A DNA stretch of 64,000 nucleotides, taken from an uncultured Verrucomicrobiae bacterium. GTDB lineage: Bacteria > Verrucomicrobiota > Verrucomicrobiia > Palsa-1439. The stretch spans positions 768,001-832,000 of the forward strand of contig CAWEWF010000014.1 of the NCBI GenBank assembly GCA_963812605.1. Direction: 5' to 3'. The notes under the pieces were generated by a model that saw nothing but the letters and a program-made list of their open reading frames with translations, was not told where the DNA came from and made no database searches. The position numbers were made by a program, and so were the translations under genes. This document shows, piece by piece, positions 1-9,163 of this stretch (positions are counted from its first letter, which is position 1; every line of letters begins with the position of its first letter).

Positions 1-502
1 TTGTCAGGCAGATCACTCCCGCCTTGGAAACGCAATACGGCAGATAGTCCGCGTACGGCCGAATGGCTGACCAATCGGCGAAATTGATGATCTTGCCGTC
101 GATCTTCCGCTTCAGCATGTGTCGGCCGACTTCGAGCCCGAACAGAAAAGGCCCTTTCAGGTTGGCGTCGATGTGAAAATCCCAATCGCGTTCGGTCAAT
201 GTGTCGAAGGGCGTCTTTTGGTACACGGCGGCGCTGGCCACGAGCACATGGATCTCGCCGAAGTGCTTCGCCGCTTTGCCCACTGCCGCGCGAACCTCCC
301 GCATCTTGGCCTGGTCCGCGCCGACCGCAATGGCATCCACCCCTAGCGCCTTGATTTCCGCGACTGTCCGGCGGGCGTCCGCGGCCGACGAGTTGTAGTG
401 AACAACGATGTTCGCGCCGCGTCGGGCCAGGCCCAGGGCGATTTCGCGCCCGACCCGTTTCGCCGCGCCCGTGACCAACGCCGTCTTGCCTTTGAGCTTC
501 AT
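1..502 (-). CDS. SDR family oxidoreductase (pteridine reductase/FolM-like), truncated by window edge
   Basis: Manual translation MKLKGKTALVTGAAKRVGREIA... shows the TGxxxRxG cofactor motif and the catalytic YCVSK (YxxxK) motif; no stop codon in window. Confidence 0.85.
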   Translation of the reverse strand, partial: MKLKGKTALVTGAAKRVGREIALGLARRGANIVVHYNSSAADARRTVAEIKALGVDAIAVGADQAKMREVRAAVGKAAKHFGEIHVLVASAAVYQKTPFDTLTERDWDFHIDANLKGPFLFGLEVGRHMLKRKIDGKIINFADWSAIRPYADYLPYCVSKAGVICLT

Positions 503-552
503 AGTGCCGATCAGCTTACCGGAGGCCCGCAATCATACGCAAGGGAAAGAAA

Positions 553-581
553 TTGAAGCGCAGCCAACAACCCGCTATAGT
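553..581 (+). promoter_or_regulatory. sigma70-type promoter, probably leaderless transcript
   Basis: TTGAAG-N17-TATAGT ending 7 nt before the ATG at 589. Confidence 0.55.
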
Positions 582-588
582 GAAATGC

Positions 589-939
589 ATGAAAGCCAAA
601 CTACTCGGTTTGTTGCTGGTCTTTGCGCTTCTCCTTCCTTTCCGCGCGCACGCCGAACTTGACGAAGCTCCCCGGGGCCAGAATGCTTTGCGCAAATTCG
701 GCCGCGGCATCGCCAATGTTCTTTTTGGCATTGTGGAAGTTCCCAATCAGATCACCAAGGTGACTTCGGAACACGGCGGCGGCGCGGGCGCGACCTACGG
801 CGTGGGAAAAGGCATCGCCCGCTGGATCGGACGCGAATTCACCGGGGTCTATGACATCGTCACTTTCCCCGTTCCGTATCCGAAGGGCTACAAGCCCATC
901 ATGCACCCGGAATTTCCCGTGGAAGATTATGAGCCGTAG
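589..939 (+). CDS. Exosortase-system-associated-like protein (TIGR04073-like), with signal peptide
   Basis: Signal peptide ending AHA, then RKFGRGIANVLFGIVEVP...GVYDIVTFPVP pattern typical of this family. Confidence 0.7.
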   Translation: MKAKLLGLLLVFALLLPFRAHAELDEAPRGQNALRKFGRGIANVLFGIVEVPNQITKVTSEHGGGAGATYGVGKGIARWIGREFTGVYDIVTFPVPYPKGYKPIMHPEFPVEDYEP

Positions 940-1686
940 CCTCTGGCTTGCGCTCTGTCTTTTCGGCGCGATGGCCAGTGTGCGCGCGGACCAGGATCTG
1001 GCCATCGGCGATGCTGCGCTCGCGAAATTCGATCTCCCTGCGGCCCTCAAAGCCTATCGAGCGGCGCACGCGCAGTCGCCCGACAGCTACGAGGCGACTT
1101 GGAAACTGGCGCGAGCACTCGCCGACACCAGCACGCTTTCCAAGGATCCAGCCGAGCAGAAGCAGTGCTGCATTGATGCCGAGCAACTGGCTCGCACCGC
1201 CGTGAAACTCAATCCCGACGACTCGAAGGGACACGCTTATCTGGCCGTGGCTGTCGGCAAGCTGGCGCTTTATGAAGGCGGTAAACGCAAGGTCGAACTG
1301 GCCAGTGAAGTGCAGACGGAAGCCGAACGGGCCATCAAGCGCAACGATAAGGAAGACCTCGCCTATCATGTCCTCGGCGTCTGGAATCGCGAAATGGTCG
1401 AGTTGAACTGGGTCTTGCGCAAGTTCGCCGAGTTGATCTACGGCAAATTCCCAGCCGCCTCCTGGATGATGCGATACATGATCTCACACGGGCCACCCAG
1501 ATCGCGCCCCAGACGGTGGCGCATCGTGTTGAACTTGGCCTCACTTTCGTCTCGGGACGACAATGGCCGGAAGCCAACGCCAGCTTGGAAAAGGCGCTGG
1601 CCATGCCGAGGGCCTGGGTCACGGACGATTATTACTGGGATAAAGCGCGCCAGGCGCTCCCGCGGGTGAAATCGCATCTCGACTAG
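929..1686 (+). CDS. Exported TPR-like helical repeat protein; apparent frameshift near 1461
   Basis: Signal peptide and TPR-like helices (A..LNPDDSKGHAYLAVA.G); adding 1 nt near 1461 continues as SLDDAIHDLTRATQIAP...RVKSHLD* (TAG 1684-1686). Confidence 0.7.
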
Positions 1687-1693
1687 CGCGTCC

Positions 1694-3058
1694 ATGGCAG
1701 TCCTCCCGGCACAAGTTCTCAGCGTCACCGAATTGACGCACCGCGTCAAAGACCTGCTCGAAGAACGATTCCCGAGTGTCTGGGTCGAAGGCGAGATTTC
1801 CAATGTTCGTTCGCCTTCGTCCGGCCACGTCTATTTCACGCTCAAAGATGCCGGGGCACAATTGGCCGTAGTGGTCTTTCGTGGCGTTGCGGCCAAGGTC
1901 GGATTCAAACTGAAAGACGGCTTGCAGGTCATCACTTTCGGCGACATCAGTGTCTACGAGAAGAGCGGGCAATACCAGCTCGTCGCCCGACAGTTGCTGC
2001 CGAAGGGACTGGGCGCGCTCCAACTGGCCTTCGAAGAGTTAAAGCAGCGCCTCGCCAAGGAGGGCCTTTTTGATTCGTCCCGCAAGCGACCAATCCCCGT
2101 CCTGCCCCAGCGCATCGGCCTGGTCACCTCCCCCACCGGCGCGGCGATCCGCGACTTCCTCAATATCATCAACCGCCGCTTTCCCAATGTGCGCATCGTC
2201 ATCTACCCCGTGCGCGTGCAGGGCGAAGGCGCCGCCGCGGAGATCGCCGCAGCCATCGATGATTTCAACGCCCTCCACGCCTCCGGCCGCCTGCCGCTCG
2301 ATGTGTTGATTGTAACGCGCGGTGGCGGTTCGCTCGAAGATCTATGGGCTTTCAATGAAGAAGTGCTGGCCCGCGCCCTCGCCCGGTCCCAAATCCCAAC
2401 GATTTCCGCCGTCGGCCACGAGATTGATTTCACCATTGCCGATTTTGTTGCGGACCTTCGTGCGCCGACCCCCAGCGCTGCCGCGGAATTGGTCGTGAAG
2501 GCCAAGGAGGAATTCAAACAACGAATGACGCAGTATCAGTCCCGTCTGCATGGCAATTTGCGGCTCCAGGTCGCGGCCGCCCGCCAGCGCTTTTCCGATT
2601 TGGCTTCCAACTACGTCTTTCGCCGACCAACGGAGGTCATTCGCCAATACCAGCAGCAAGTTGACGACTCCGGCCATCGCCTGACCCGGGCCGCCGCAGC
2701 GACTCTTGCTAGCCAGCGAGCAAGATGGGCGACGGCTGCCGGGAAATTCAAGCTCCTCAGTCCCGAGGCGCTGCTGGCCAATGGACGGCAACGCATCGGT
2801 TCCAACGAACAGAGCCTCCGTACCGCGTGGGCCCGCCGCTGGCAGGAAACCGGTCATCGACTCATCCAGGTCAGTGCCAAACTGGAGCTGCTCAGTCCCA
2901 AGGCCACGTTACAGCGCGGTTACAGTATTACGCTCGTCCCCGAAACCGGCGAAATCGTCCGCAGCGTAACCCGCGTCAAGCCAGGGACTAAGATTTCCAC
3001 CAAGGTGCTTGATGGAGCGTTCGGTTCTGTGGTATCTTCCCCATCAGATGTGCAATGA
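1694..3058 (+). CDS. xseA: Exodeoxyribonuclease VII large subunit
   Basis: VWVEGEISN..SGHVYFTLKD OB fold; RGGGSLEDLWAFN, SAVGHEID and RAPTPSAAAE motifs. Confidence 0.97.
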   Translation: MAVLPAQVLSVTELTHRVKDLLEERFPSVWVEGEISNVRSPSSGHVYFTLKDAGAQLAVVVFRGVAAKVGFKLKDGLQVITFGDISVYEKSGQYQLVARQLLPKGLGALQLAFEELKQRLAKEGLFDSSRKRPIPVLPQRIGLVTSPTGAAIRDFLNIINRRFPNVRIVIYPVRVQGEGAAAEIAAAIDDFNALHASGRLPLDVLIVTRGGGSLEDLWAFNEEVLARALARSQIPTISAVGHEIDFTIADFVADLRAPTPSAAAELVVKAKEEFKQRMTQYQSRLHGNLRLQVAAARQRFSDLASNYVFRRPTEVIRQYQQQVDDSGHRLTRAAAATLASQRARWATAAGKFKLLSPEALLANGRQRIGSNEQSLRTAWARRWQETGHRLIQVSAKLELLSPKATLQRGYSITLVPETGEIVRSVTRVKPGTKISTKVLDGAFGSVVSSPSDVQ

Positions 3059-3369
3059 AAGGTAAGAAAAAGGGAGCCGAGCCCGTTCCGGCCAGGAACG
3101 GGCTAACGTTTGAGTCGGCCATCCAGCGGCTCGAGAAGATCGTGGCCGATATGGAGGAGGCGGAATTGCCGCTGGAGGACGTTCTCAAGAAGTACGAGGA
3201 AGGGACGCGCTTGGTGCGGTTCTGCAGCCAAAAACTGGACGAAGCCGAGAAGAAGATCGAGGTCCTCACCAAGAAGACCGATGGCAGTGTCGTGTTGGAG
3301 CCGTTTGAAGCCGAACTTGGGGAAAGCGGTGAAGAAGAGTCCGCGGATGAAAGCGGGAAGCTCTTCTGA
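3055..3369 (+). CDS. xseB: Exodeoxyribonuclease VII small subunit
   Basis: FESAIQRLEKIV..ME...LPLE....YEEG..L...C...L..AE; ATGA overlap with xseA. Confidence 0.95.
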   Translation: MKGKKKGAEPVPARNGLTFESAIQRLEKIVADMEEAELPLEDVLKKYEEGTRLVRFCSQKLDEAEKKIEVLTKKTDGSVVLEPFEAELGESGEEESADESGKLF

Positions 3370-3387
3370 CAAACGAAGGAGCGTGAA

Positions 3388-5337
3388 ATGGGACGTTATC
3401 TTGACATGATCAATAAGCCGGCCAACGTCAAGCTGCTCACGATGGAGCAACTGCAAACGCTGGCACAAGAAATCCGTGACGAACTGATCACGGTGTTGAG
3501 CAAAACCGGCGGCCATCTCGCGCCGAATCTCGGAGTGGTCGAACTGACCATCGCCTTGCACCGTGTCTTCGATTCTCCCAAAGACAAATTTGTCTGGGAC
3601 GTCAGCCATCAGGTGTATGTCCACAAGCTTTTGACCGGCCGGCGCGCGGCCTTTTCCAAGATTCGCCAGACCGGCGGCCCGATGGGGTTCGCCTTTCGCG
3701 CCGAGAGTCCCTACGATTGCTTTGGCGCCGGCCACGCCGGCACCGCGCTTTCCGCCGCGCTCGGGATGGCCGCCGCACGTGACCATGGCAAGACCGATGA
3801 GAACGTCGTCTGCATCGCGGGCGATGCCGCCCTCACCAATGGGATCACCTACGAGGCGCTCAACAACATCAAGGCCACTACCAAGCGTTTCATTGCCATC
3901 CTCAATGATAACGAGTGGAGCATCGCGAAGAACGTCGGCGCGATCGCCGAATACCTCAATCGCATCGTGCGGCATCCGTCTTACGCCGCGGCGCACAAGC
4001 GGATCGATCACTTTTTGGAGCGCTTCCCCCGCGTTGGTCCTGAACTGGCGCAAATCGGCCACAAGGTGGAAGAAGCTGTCAAAGGCATCATTGTCCCCAG
4101 CCTCCTGTTCGAGGAGTTTGGTCTCCGCTACATCGGCCCCATTGACGGGCATAACACCGCATTGCTCATCGAAACCCTGACCTGGGCCAAGCAACAAACG
4201 GTGCCCGTGCTCATACACATCCTCACCAAAAAGGGCAAAGGCTATGAGAAGGCCATCGAAGACCCGCAAACATTCCACGGTTGCGGACCCTTTGATGTCG
4301 CCACCGGTAAGTCCCCGCCGAAGAAGGATGGCGTGCCGCCCAGTTACCAGGATGTTTTTGCCGACGCGCTCGTGCGGTTCTGTGACGTAAACAGCAAGCT
4401 TGTGGGCATCACCGCCGCCATGCCCAGCGGCACCAGCCTCATCAAATTGCAGAAGGCGAAGCCCGACCGCTATTTTGACGTGGGCATCGCCGAGGAACAC
4501 GGGGTCATTTTTGCGGCGGGCATGGCGACCATGGGCTACCGTCCCGTCTGCGCGATCTATTCAACATTCCTCCAACGCGCCTACGATTGTATCATCCACG
4601 ATGTCGCGTTGCAGAACCTGGACGTGATCTTCGCGATGGATCGCGCCGGCCTTTCGGCCAACGACGGCCCAACCCATCATGGCGTCTTTGACATCGCCTA
4701 TGCGCGCTGCATACCGCGGGCCATTCTCATGGCGCCCAAGGACGAGGACGAATTTGTCGATATGCTGTGGACAGCGTTGCAGAACCACGGCCCCATTTTC
4801 GTCCGTTACCCGCGCGGCCCCGGTGAAGGTGTGCCCATCAAGGACCATCCGGCGATCCTGCCGCTTGGCAAAGCCGAGGTCTTGCAGCACGGCACCGACG
4901 TCGCGGTGATCTTCTATGGCGCCATGACCAAGGTGGCACGGGAAACGGTTGCCGCTTTGCAGGCCGACGGCTTGTCTGTTGCCCTGATCAATGCGCGCTT
5001 CTGTAAGCCCATGGACCGTGAGATAATTGAAAAATATGGTCGCATCTGCAAGGTCCTTTGCACCTTGGAAGACCATGTGCTGATGGGCGGGTTCGGCAGC
5101 GCAGTGCTGGAAACACTCGAAGACCTGCGAATCGACATCCCCGTCGCCCGCGTCGGTTGGCCCGATAATTTCATCGAGCACGCGTCCAGCAACAAAGATC
5201 TTCAGGACAAGTACGGCTTGAACTCCAAGACTGCGACTGCCAAGGTTAAGGAATTGCTCGCGGAATCCTCAGCCCAGCATGAGAAGCCCCAGCAATTCCG
5301 CGTGCTGGGCGCCGCCGCCACGGCGCGCACGGCATAA
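3388..5337 (+). CDS. dxs: 1-deoxy-D-xylulose-5-phosphate synthase
   Basis: GGHLAPNLGVVELT, GDAALT.G...EALNN, NDN, IAEEH, YSTFLQRAYD, DRAG and DGPTHHG motifs. Confidence 0.98.
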   Translation: MGRYLDMINKPANVKLLTMEQLQTLAQEIRDELITVLSKTGGHLAPNLGVVELTIALHRVFDSPKDKFVWDVSHQVYVHKLLTGRRAAFSKIRQTGGPMGFAFRAESPYDCFGAGHAGTALSAALGMAAARDHGKTDENVVCIAGDAALTNGITYEALNNIKATTKRFIAILNDNEWSIAKNVGAIAEYLNRIVRHPSYAAAHKRIDHFLERFPRVGPELAQIGHKVEEAVKGIIVPSLLFEEFGLRYIGPIDGHNTALLIETLTWAKQQTVPVLIHILTKKGKGYEKAIEDPQTFHGCGPFDVATGKSPPKKDGVPPSYQDVFADALVRFCDVNSKLVGITAAMPSGTSLIKLQKAKPDRYFDVGIAEEHGVIFAAGMATMGYRPVCAIYSTFLQRAYDCIIHDVALQNLDVIFAMDRAGLSANDGPTHHGVFDIAYARCIPRAILMAPKDEDEFVDMLWTALQNHGPIFVRYPRGPGEGVPIKDHPAILPLGKAEVLQHGTDVAVIFYGAMTKVARETVAALQADGLSVALINARFCKPMDREIIEKYGRICKVLCTLEDHVLMGGFGSAVLETLEDLRIDIPVARVGWPDNFIEHASSNKDLQDKYGLNSKTATAKVKELLAESSAQHEKPQQFRVLGAAATARTA

Positions 5338-5379
5338 AAGGAGACTGAGCAGGATCATCGTGAGTTTGGGGACGCAACC

Positions 5380-6111
5380 ATGCGTGACCGTATCGATACC
5401 CAACTCGTCGCCCGTGGCCTGGCGGAAAGTCGCGAGAAAGCGAAGCGCTTCATTCTCGCGGGAGCAGTGCGCGTTAACGGCCAACTCGCCCACAAACCCA
5501 GCGACCTGGTCGCGGAAGATGCGGTGCTCCTTGTCGAGGCTGCGGAAAAATACGCAAGCCGCGGCGGCTTTAAGCTCGAAGCTGCCCTCGACGCGTTTTC
5601 CATCTCCTGCCGTGGCCTCGTTTGCGCCGATCTCGGCGCGTCCACCGGTGGCTTTACGGATTGTCTGCTCCAGCGTGACGCGGCGCGCGTGCACGCTGTC
5701 GATGTTGGCAAGGGCCAACTCGACTGGAGATTGCGCCGCGATCCGCGGGTCGTCGTGCATGACGGAGTCAATGTGCGCAACCTCACGGTGGCCACTCTTG
5801 GCGAATCCGTTGATCTTGCCACCATCGATGTTTCGTTCATCTCGTTGACCAAGGTGCTCCCTGCGGCTGTCGCCGTCCTCCAGGCCGGCGGCACGCTCGT
5901 AGCGCTTATTAAGCCCCAATTCGAAGCGGGAAAAAAGCTCGTGAAAAAAGGCGGTGTTGTGCGAGACTCGCGGGTGCACGAGGCTGTGACGAAGATGATC
6001 CAGGATTTTGCAACGGAAACGCTCGGGTTGACCCTGCGGGGAGTCACCGCGTCGCCCCTGCTCGGCCCGGCGGGTAACAAGGAATTTCTCATCGTGCTTC
6101 GCAAACCGTGA
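5380..6111 (+). CDS. tlyA: TlyA family rRNA 2'-O-methyltransferase
   Basis: S4 domain plus SRGGFKL, DLGASTGGFTD, DVSFISL, KPQFE and GNKEF motifs. Confidence 0.95.
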   Translation: MRDRIDTQLVARGLAESREKAKRFILAGAVRVNGQLAHKPSDLVAEDAVLLVEAAEKYASRGGFKLEAALDAFSISCRGLVCADLGASTGGFTDCLLQRDAARVHAVDVGKGQLDWRLRRDPRVVVHDGVNVRNLTVATLGESVDLATIDVSFISLTKVLPAAVAVLQAGGTLVALIKPQFEAGKKLVKKGGVVRDSRVHEAVTKMIQDFATETLGLTLRGVTASPLLGPAGNKEFLIVLRKP

Positions 6112-6986
6112 AACCGCACATTCCAAAGACCGTGGGCGTCGCTGCGCATGCCGGGAAACCGCAATCGCGCGACCGTTTGTTCGAATTGCTTGCCTTGCTC
6201 CACGAGGGCAAGGTCAATGTTCTCCTCGAACAGGAGGCGGCCGCCCTTGTGGCCAAACCGGACTCCGCGCACACCCTCAAGGACATGGGGAAAGTGGCCG
6301 ATCTCATTATCGTGCTCGGTGGCGATGGCACGATTCTTCGTGTCGCTCGTGAACTGGAAGGCTCCGCTACGCCGCTCCTGGGGGTGAACCTGGGTAATCT
6401 TGGGTTCCTCACCAGCGTTCGCGGGGATAAACTGGCTGGCGCGGTGCGTGAGGTCCTTCGCGGCGAGTATCAGGTCAGCGAGCGTCAGGCGCTGCAAGCT
6501 ACGTTAGTGCGCGCCGGCGAGCGCAAGCAAGCCTACCGGGCCCTCAATGATGTTGTGGTTTCCCGCGGCGCGGTCTCGCGTATCGTGCGCCTCCGATTAT
6601 CAATCGACGGCGAGTTGTTGACAGAATATGTATGCGACGGCATGATATTCGCCACGGCCACGGGTTCGACCGCGTATTCACTGAGCGCGGGCGGGCCAAT
6701 TATGGTGCCGACAGCACGGGCGCTGATTATCACGCCAATCTGTCCGCATGCCTTGAGCAACCGCTCCGTTATCGCCGGGGAGAACTCAGTGGTTCGTTGC
6801 CAGGTGGTGGGCGCGGCGGGTGAATTGCTGTTAACAGTGGATGGCCAGGTGCAATTGGGAATGGAAGTGGGTGACGAGGTGGAAGTTAGCCAGTCGCCGC
6901 AGACGGTCCAAATGGTCGCCCCAAAGAATCATACGTATTTTGAAGTCCTAAGAGAGAAATTGAAATGGAGTGGTGCAAATGTCTAA
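6108..6986 (+). CDS. nadK: NAD(+) kinase
   Basis: GGDGT, NLGNLGFL, ALND and TGSTAYSLSAGGP motifs. Confidence 0.96.
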   Translation: MKPHIPKTVGVAAHAGKPQSRDRLFELLALLHEGKVNVLLEQEAAALVAKPDSAHTLKDMGKVADLIIVLGGDGTILRVARELEGSATPLLGVNLGNLGFLTSVRGDKLAGAVREVLRGEYQVSERQALQATLVRAGERKQAYRALNDVVVSRGAVSRIVRLRLSIDGELLTEYVCDGMIFATATGSTAYSLSAGGPIMVPTARALIITPICPHALSNRSVIAGENSVVRCQVVGAAGELLLTVDGQVQLGMEVGDEVEVSQSPQTVQMVAPKNHTYFEVLREKLKWSGANV

Positions 6987-7461
6987 AGGACCGAAGGCTT
7001 CTCCGTCAAAGATTGCGTCGCTGTTAAGCCCCGAGGCAATCCGACTGGAACTGCAGGCCAGCCAAAAAACTGAAGCCCTGCGCGAAGTGGCAGAATTGCT
7101 GGCGCAAAGCAAATGCGTCGGCAATTTCGAGGCGTTCTTCAATGAAATCCTGCAGCGCGAGCGTGTTAGCAACACCGCGCTCGGCCATGATGTCGCGATT
7201 CCCCACGCCCGTACGGACCAGTGTTCCGACATTCTGATCGCCGTGGGTCGCAGCCGCGGCGGGATTGATTTCGAAGCCAAGGACGGCCAACCCGTAAGGC
7301 TGATTTTCCTGATTGGCACGCCGAAGCAGATGGTGACCGATTACCTGCGGGTAGTAGGCACTCTCGCGCGTCTCTTACGGCAGGACGATCTGCGTCAGCG
7401 GCTGTTGGATGCATCCGATGCTGCTGGATTCATCAAGATCATCGAGGTGGCCGAGTCGTAA
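6979..7461 (+). CDS. PTS EIIA domain protein (fructose/nitrogen-type)
   Basis: RE..SNTALGHDVAIPHAR phospho-His motif; GIDFEAKDGQPVRLIFLI. Confidence 0.9.
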   Translation: MSKGPKASPSKIASLLSPEAIRLELQASQKTEALREVAELLAQSKCVGNFEAFFNEILQRERVSNTALGHDVAIPHARTDQCSDILIAVGRSRGGIDFEAKDGQPVRLIFLIGTPKQMVTDYLRVVGTLARLLRQDDLRQRLLDASDAAGFIKIIEVAES

Positions 7462-7485
7462 CAAGAGACGTCGCATCCGTCCGCG

Positions 7486-8418
7486 TCAACTGTGCAGTGA
7501 GGCCAGGTAGCGCTCTGCATCGATCGCCGCAGCACAGCCCGTTCCGGCCGCCGTGACCGCCTGCCGGTACACACGGTCCACGCAGTCGCCGGCTGCGAAT
7601 ACACCCGGCACGTTCGTATACGTTCCCTTGTGGCAGAGAATGAACCCGTCGGCGTCCCTGTCAATTTGGCCCTTGAAAAGGCCGGTCGAGGGCACGTGGC
7701 CGATGGCTACAAACACGCCTGTGCATGGCAGTTCAGAAGTTACTCCCGTCTTGAGATTTTTGAGTTGCACACCAGTCACCATGTCCTTGCTGGAATCGTA
7801 AATGTCCGTAACCACCGTGTCCCACACCGGCTGAATCTTGGGGTTCGAGAGAGCGCGATCCGCCATGATCTTTGAGGCGCGAAGGCTATCGCGCCGGTGA
7901 ACCAGGTACACCTTCGACGCGAAGTGGGTCAGATAAGTTGCCTCCTCGCACGCGGAGTCTCCGCCCCCGACAACGACCAGGGTCTGTTTGCGAAACATGG
8001 GCAGGGCTCCATCGCACGTGGCGCAATACGTCACGCCCTTGCGCTCCAGCAACTCCTCGTTCTTCAGTCCCAGGTGCCGATGCGAAGCCCCAGTCGCGAT
8101 GATGACCGCCTTCGTTTCGATAACCTCGTCGTGCAGCCACAATCGGAATGGTGGCTTGCTGAAATCAACTTTTGTCACTGTCGTGCCGTAGCGCGTCTGT
8201 GTGCCGAAACGCTCCGCCTGTTTCTGCATTCCCATCATCAGTTCGGTGCCATCGATACCCTCGGGAAAGCCGGGATAGTTCTCGACAATACTCGTCGTGG
8301 TGAGCAATCCACCGGGCTGTTCGCCGGTGAGCAGGAGCGGGTGCAGATCTGCGCGCGCGGTGTACAGCGCCGCCGTCCAGCCAGCGCAACCCGAGCCAAT
8401 AATAACAACGTTTTCCAT
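7486..8418 (-). CDS. trxB: Thioredoxin-disulfide reductase
   Basis: GSGCAG, CATCDG, GGGDSACEEA, HRRD and FAAGD..D..YRQA motifs. Confidence 0.96.
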   Translation of the reverse strand: MENVVIIGSGCAGWTAALYTARADLHPLLLTGEQPGGLLTTTSIVENYPGFPEGIDGTELMMGMQKQAERFGTQTRYGTTVTKVDFSKPPFRLWLHDEVIETKAVIIATGASHRHLGLKNEELLERKGVTYCATCDGALPMFRKQTLVVVGGGDSACEEATYLTHFASKVYLVHRRDSLRASKIMADRALSNPKIQPVWDTVVTDIYDSSKDMVTGVQLKNLKTGVTSELPCTGVFVAIGHVPSTGLFKGQIDRDADGFILCHKGTYTNVPGVFAAGDCVDRVYRQAVTAAGTGCAAAIDAERYLASLHS

Positions 8419-8478
8419 GTGCGGTTCCAATTTTCTCCGAGTAGGATGCTTCGGACAGGCGGCCGGTTGCAGCGACCA

Positions 8479-9102
8479 TCAAGACCGGCCGTGACCGTGT
8501 GGCGCGGCTGGCTTCACGCTGTCGCGGCGAACTTGCTCGGCCAGGATGATGGCGCGAGCCACCTCGACCAGTTTTCGATTCTCATTGCGGGCCGTTTTTT
8601 GCAGTTTGAGGTAGGCGGCTTCTTCGTCGATGCCCGTTTGCCGCATCAGGATGCCTTTGGCGCGTTCGACGATCTTGCGCGATTCCAGGGCCTCGTTCAT
8701 CTGTTGGATTTTTGCCTCCAGCTCCTTTGACTTCTCGAAATTCACCAGTGCCAACTCGATGGCGGGCTTGAGCTGTTCACCGGTGAACGGTTTGACGAGG
8801 TAGGCATTGGCCCCGGCGCCCGCAGCCTCGCTCCCGAGACCGGACTCGGTATGAGCACTGAGGATGATGATGGGCGTCGGTCGTTGGCTCTGGATCAATC
8901 GCGCAGCTTCCAAGCCATCCATTTTCGGCATGCGAATGTCTAGAATAACGAGGTCCGGACTGGTTGCACGCGCGAGGGCCACTGCCTGCTGGCCGTCACC
9001 AGCTTCGCCGACGACCGCATGTCCCATCGCCATGAGTATCTTTCTCACCACCATCAAAGTGAGGCCGTCATCATCGGCAATAAGGACTCGAAGAGATTTC
9101 AT
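8479..9102 (-). CDS. Response regulator with ANTAR output domain (PdtaR/EutV-like)
   Basis: REC domain (ADDD, LVILDIRMP, KP) plus ANTAR motif RKIVERAKGILM...AY..L...A. Confidence 0.93.
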   Translation of the reverse strand: MKSLRVLIADDDGLTLMVVRKILMAMGHAVVGEAGDGQQAVALARATSPDLVILDIRMPKMDGLEAARLIQSQRPTPIIILSAHTESGLGSEAAGAGANAYLVKPFTGEQLKPAIELALVNFEKSKELEAKIQQMNEALESRKIVERAKGILMRQTGIDEEAAYLKLQKTARNENRKLVEVARAIILAEQVRRDSVKPAAPHGHGRS

Positions 9103-9135
9103 TGTGGATCCCAACACCGTCGCTTCTCCGCTCTT

Positions 9136-9163
9136 ATCTTAAGACGAGCCCTCTCAAAGTCAA
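9136..9163 (-). promoter_or_regulatory. Putative internal promoter for the ANTAR regulator
   Basis: TTGACT-N16-TAAGAT overlapping the kinase stop codon. Confidence 0.45.

Noticed and set aside
3369-3388. No ispA between xseB and dxs, and no recN after nadK
   Set aside because: Ordinary gene-order variation
8419-8478. ANTAR target dual hairpin upstream of trxB
   Set aside because: Only a weak 5-bp stem with a 10-nt loop; no paired hexaloops and no terminator
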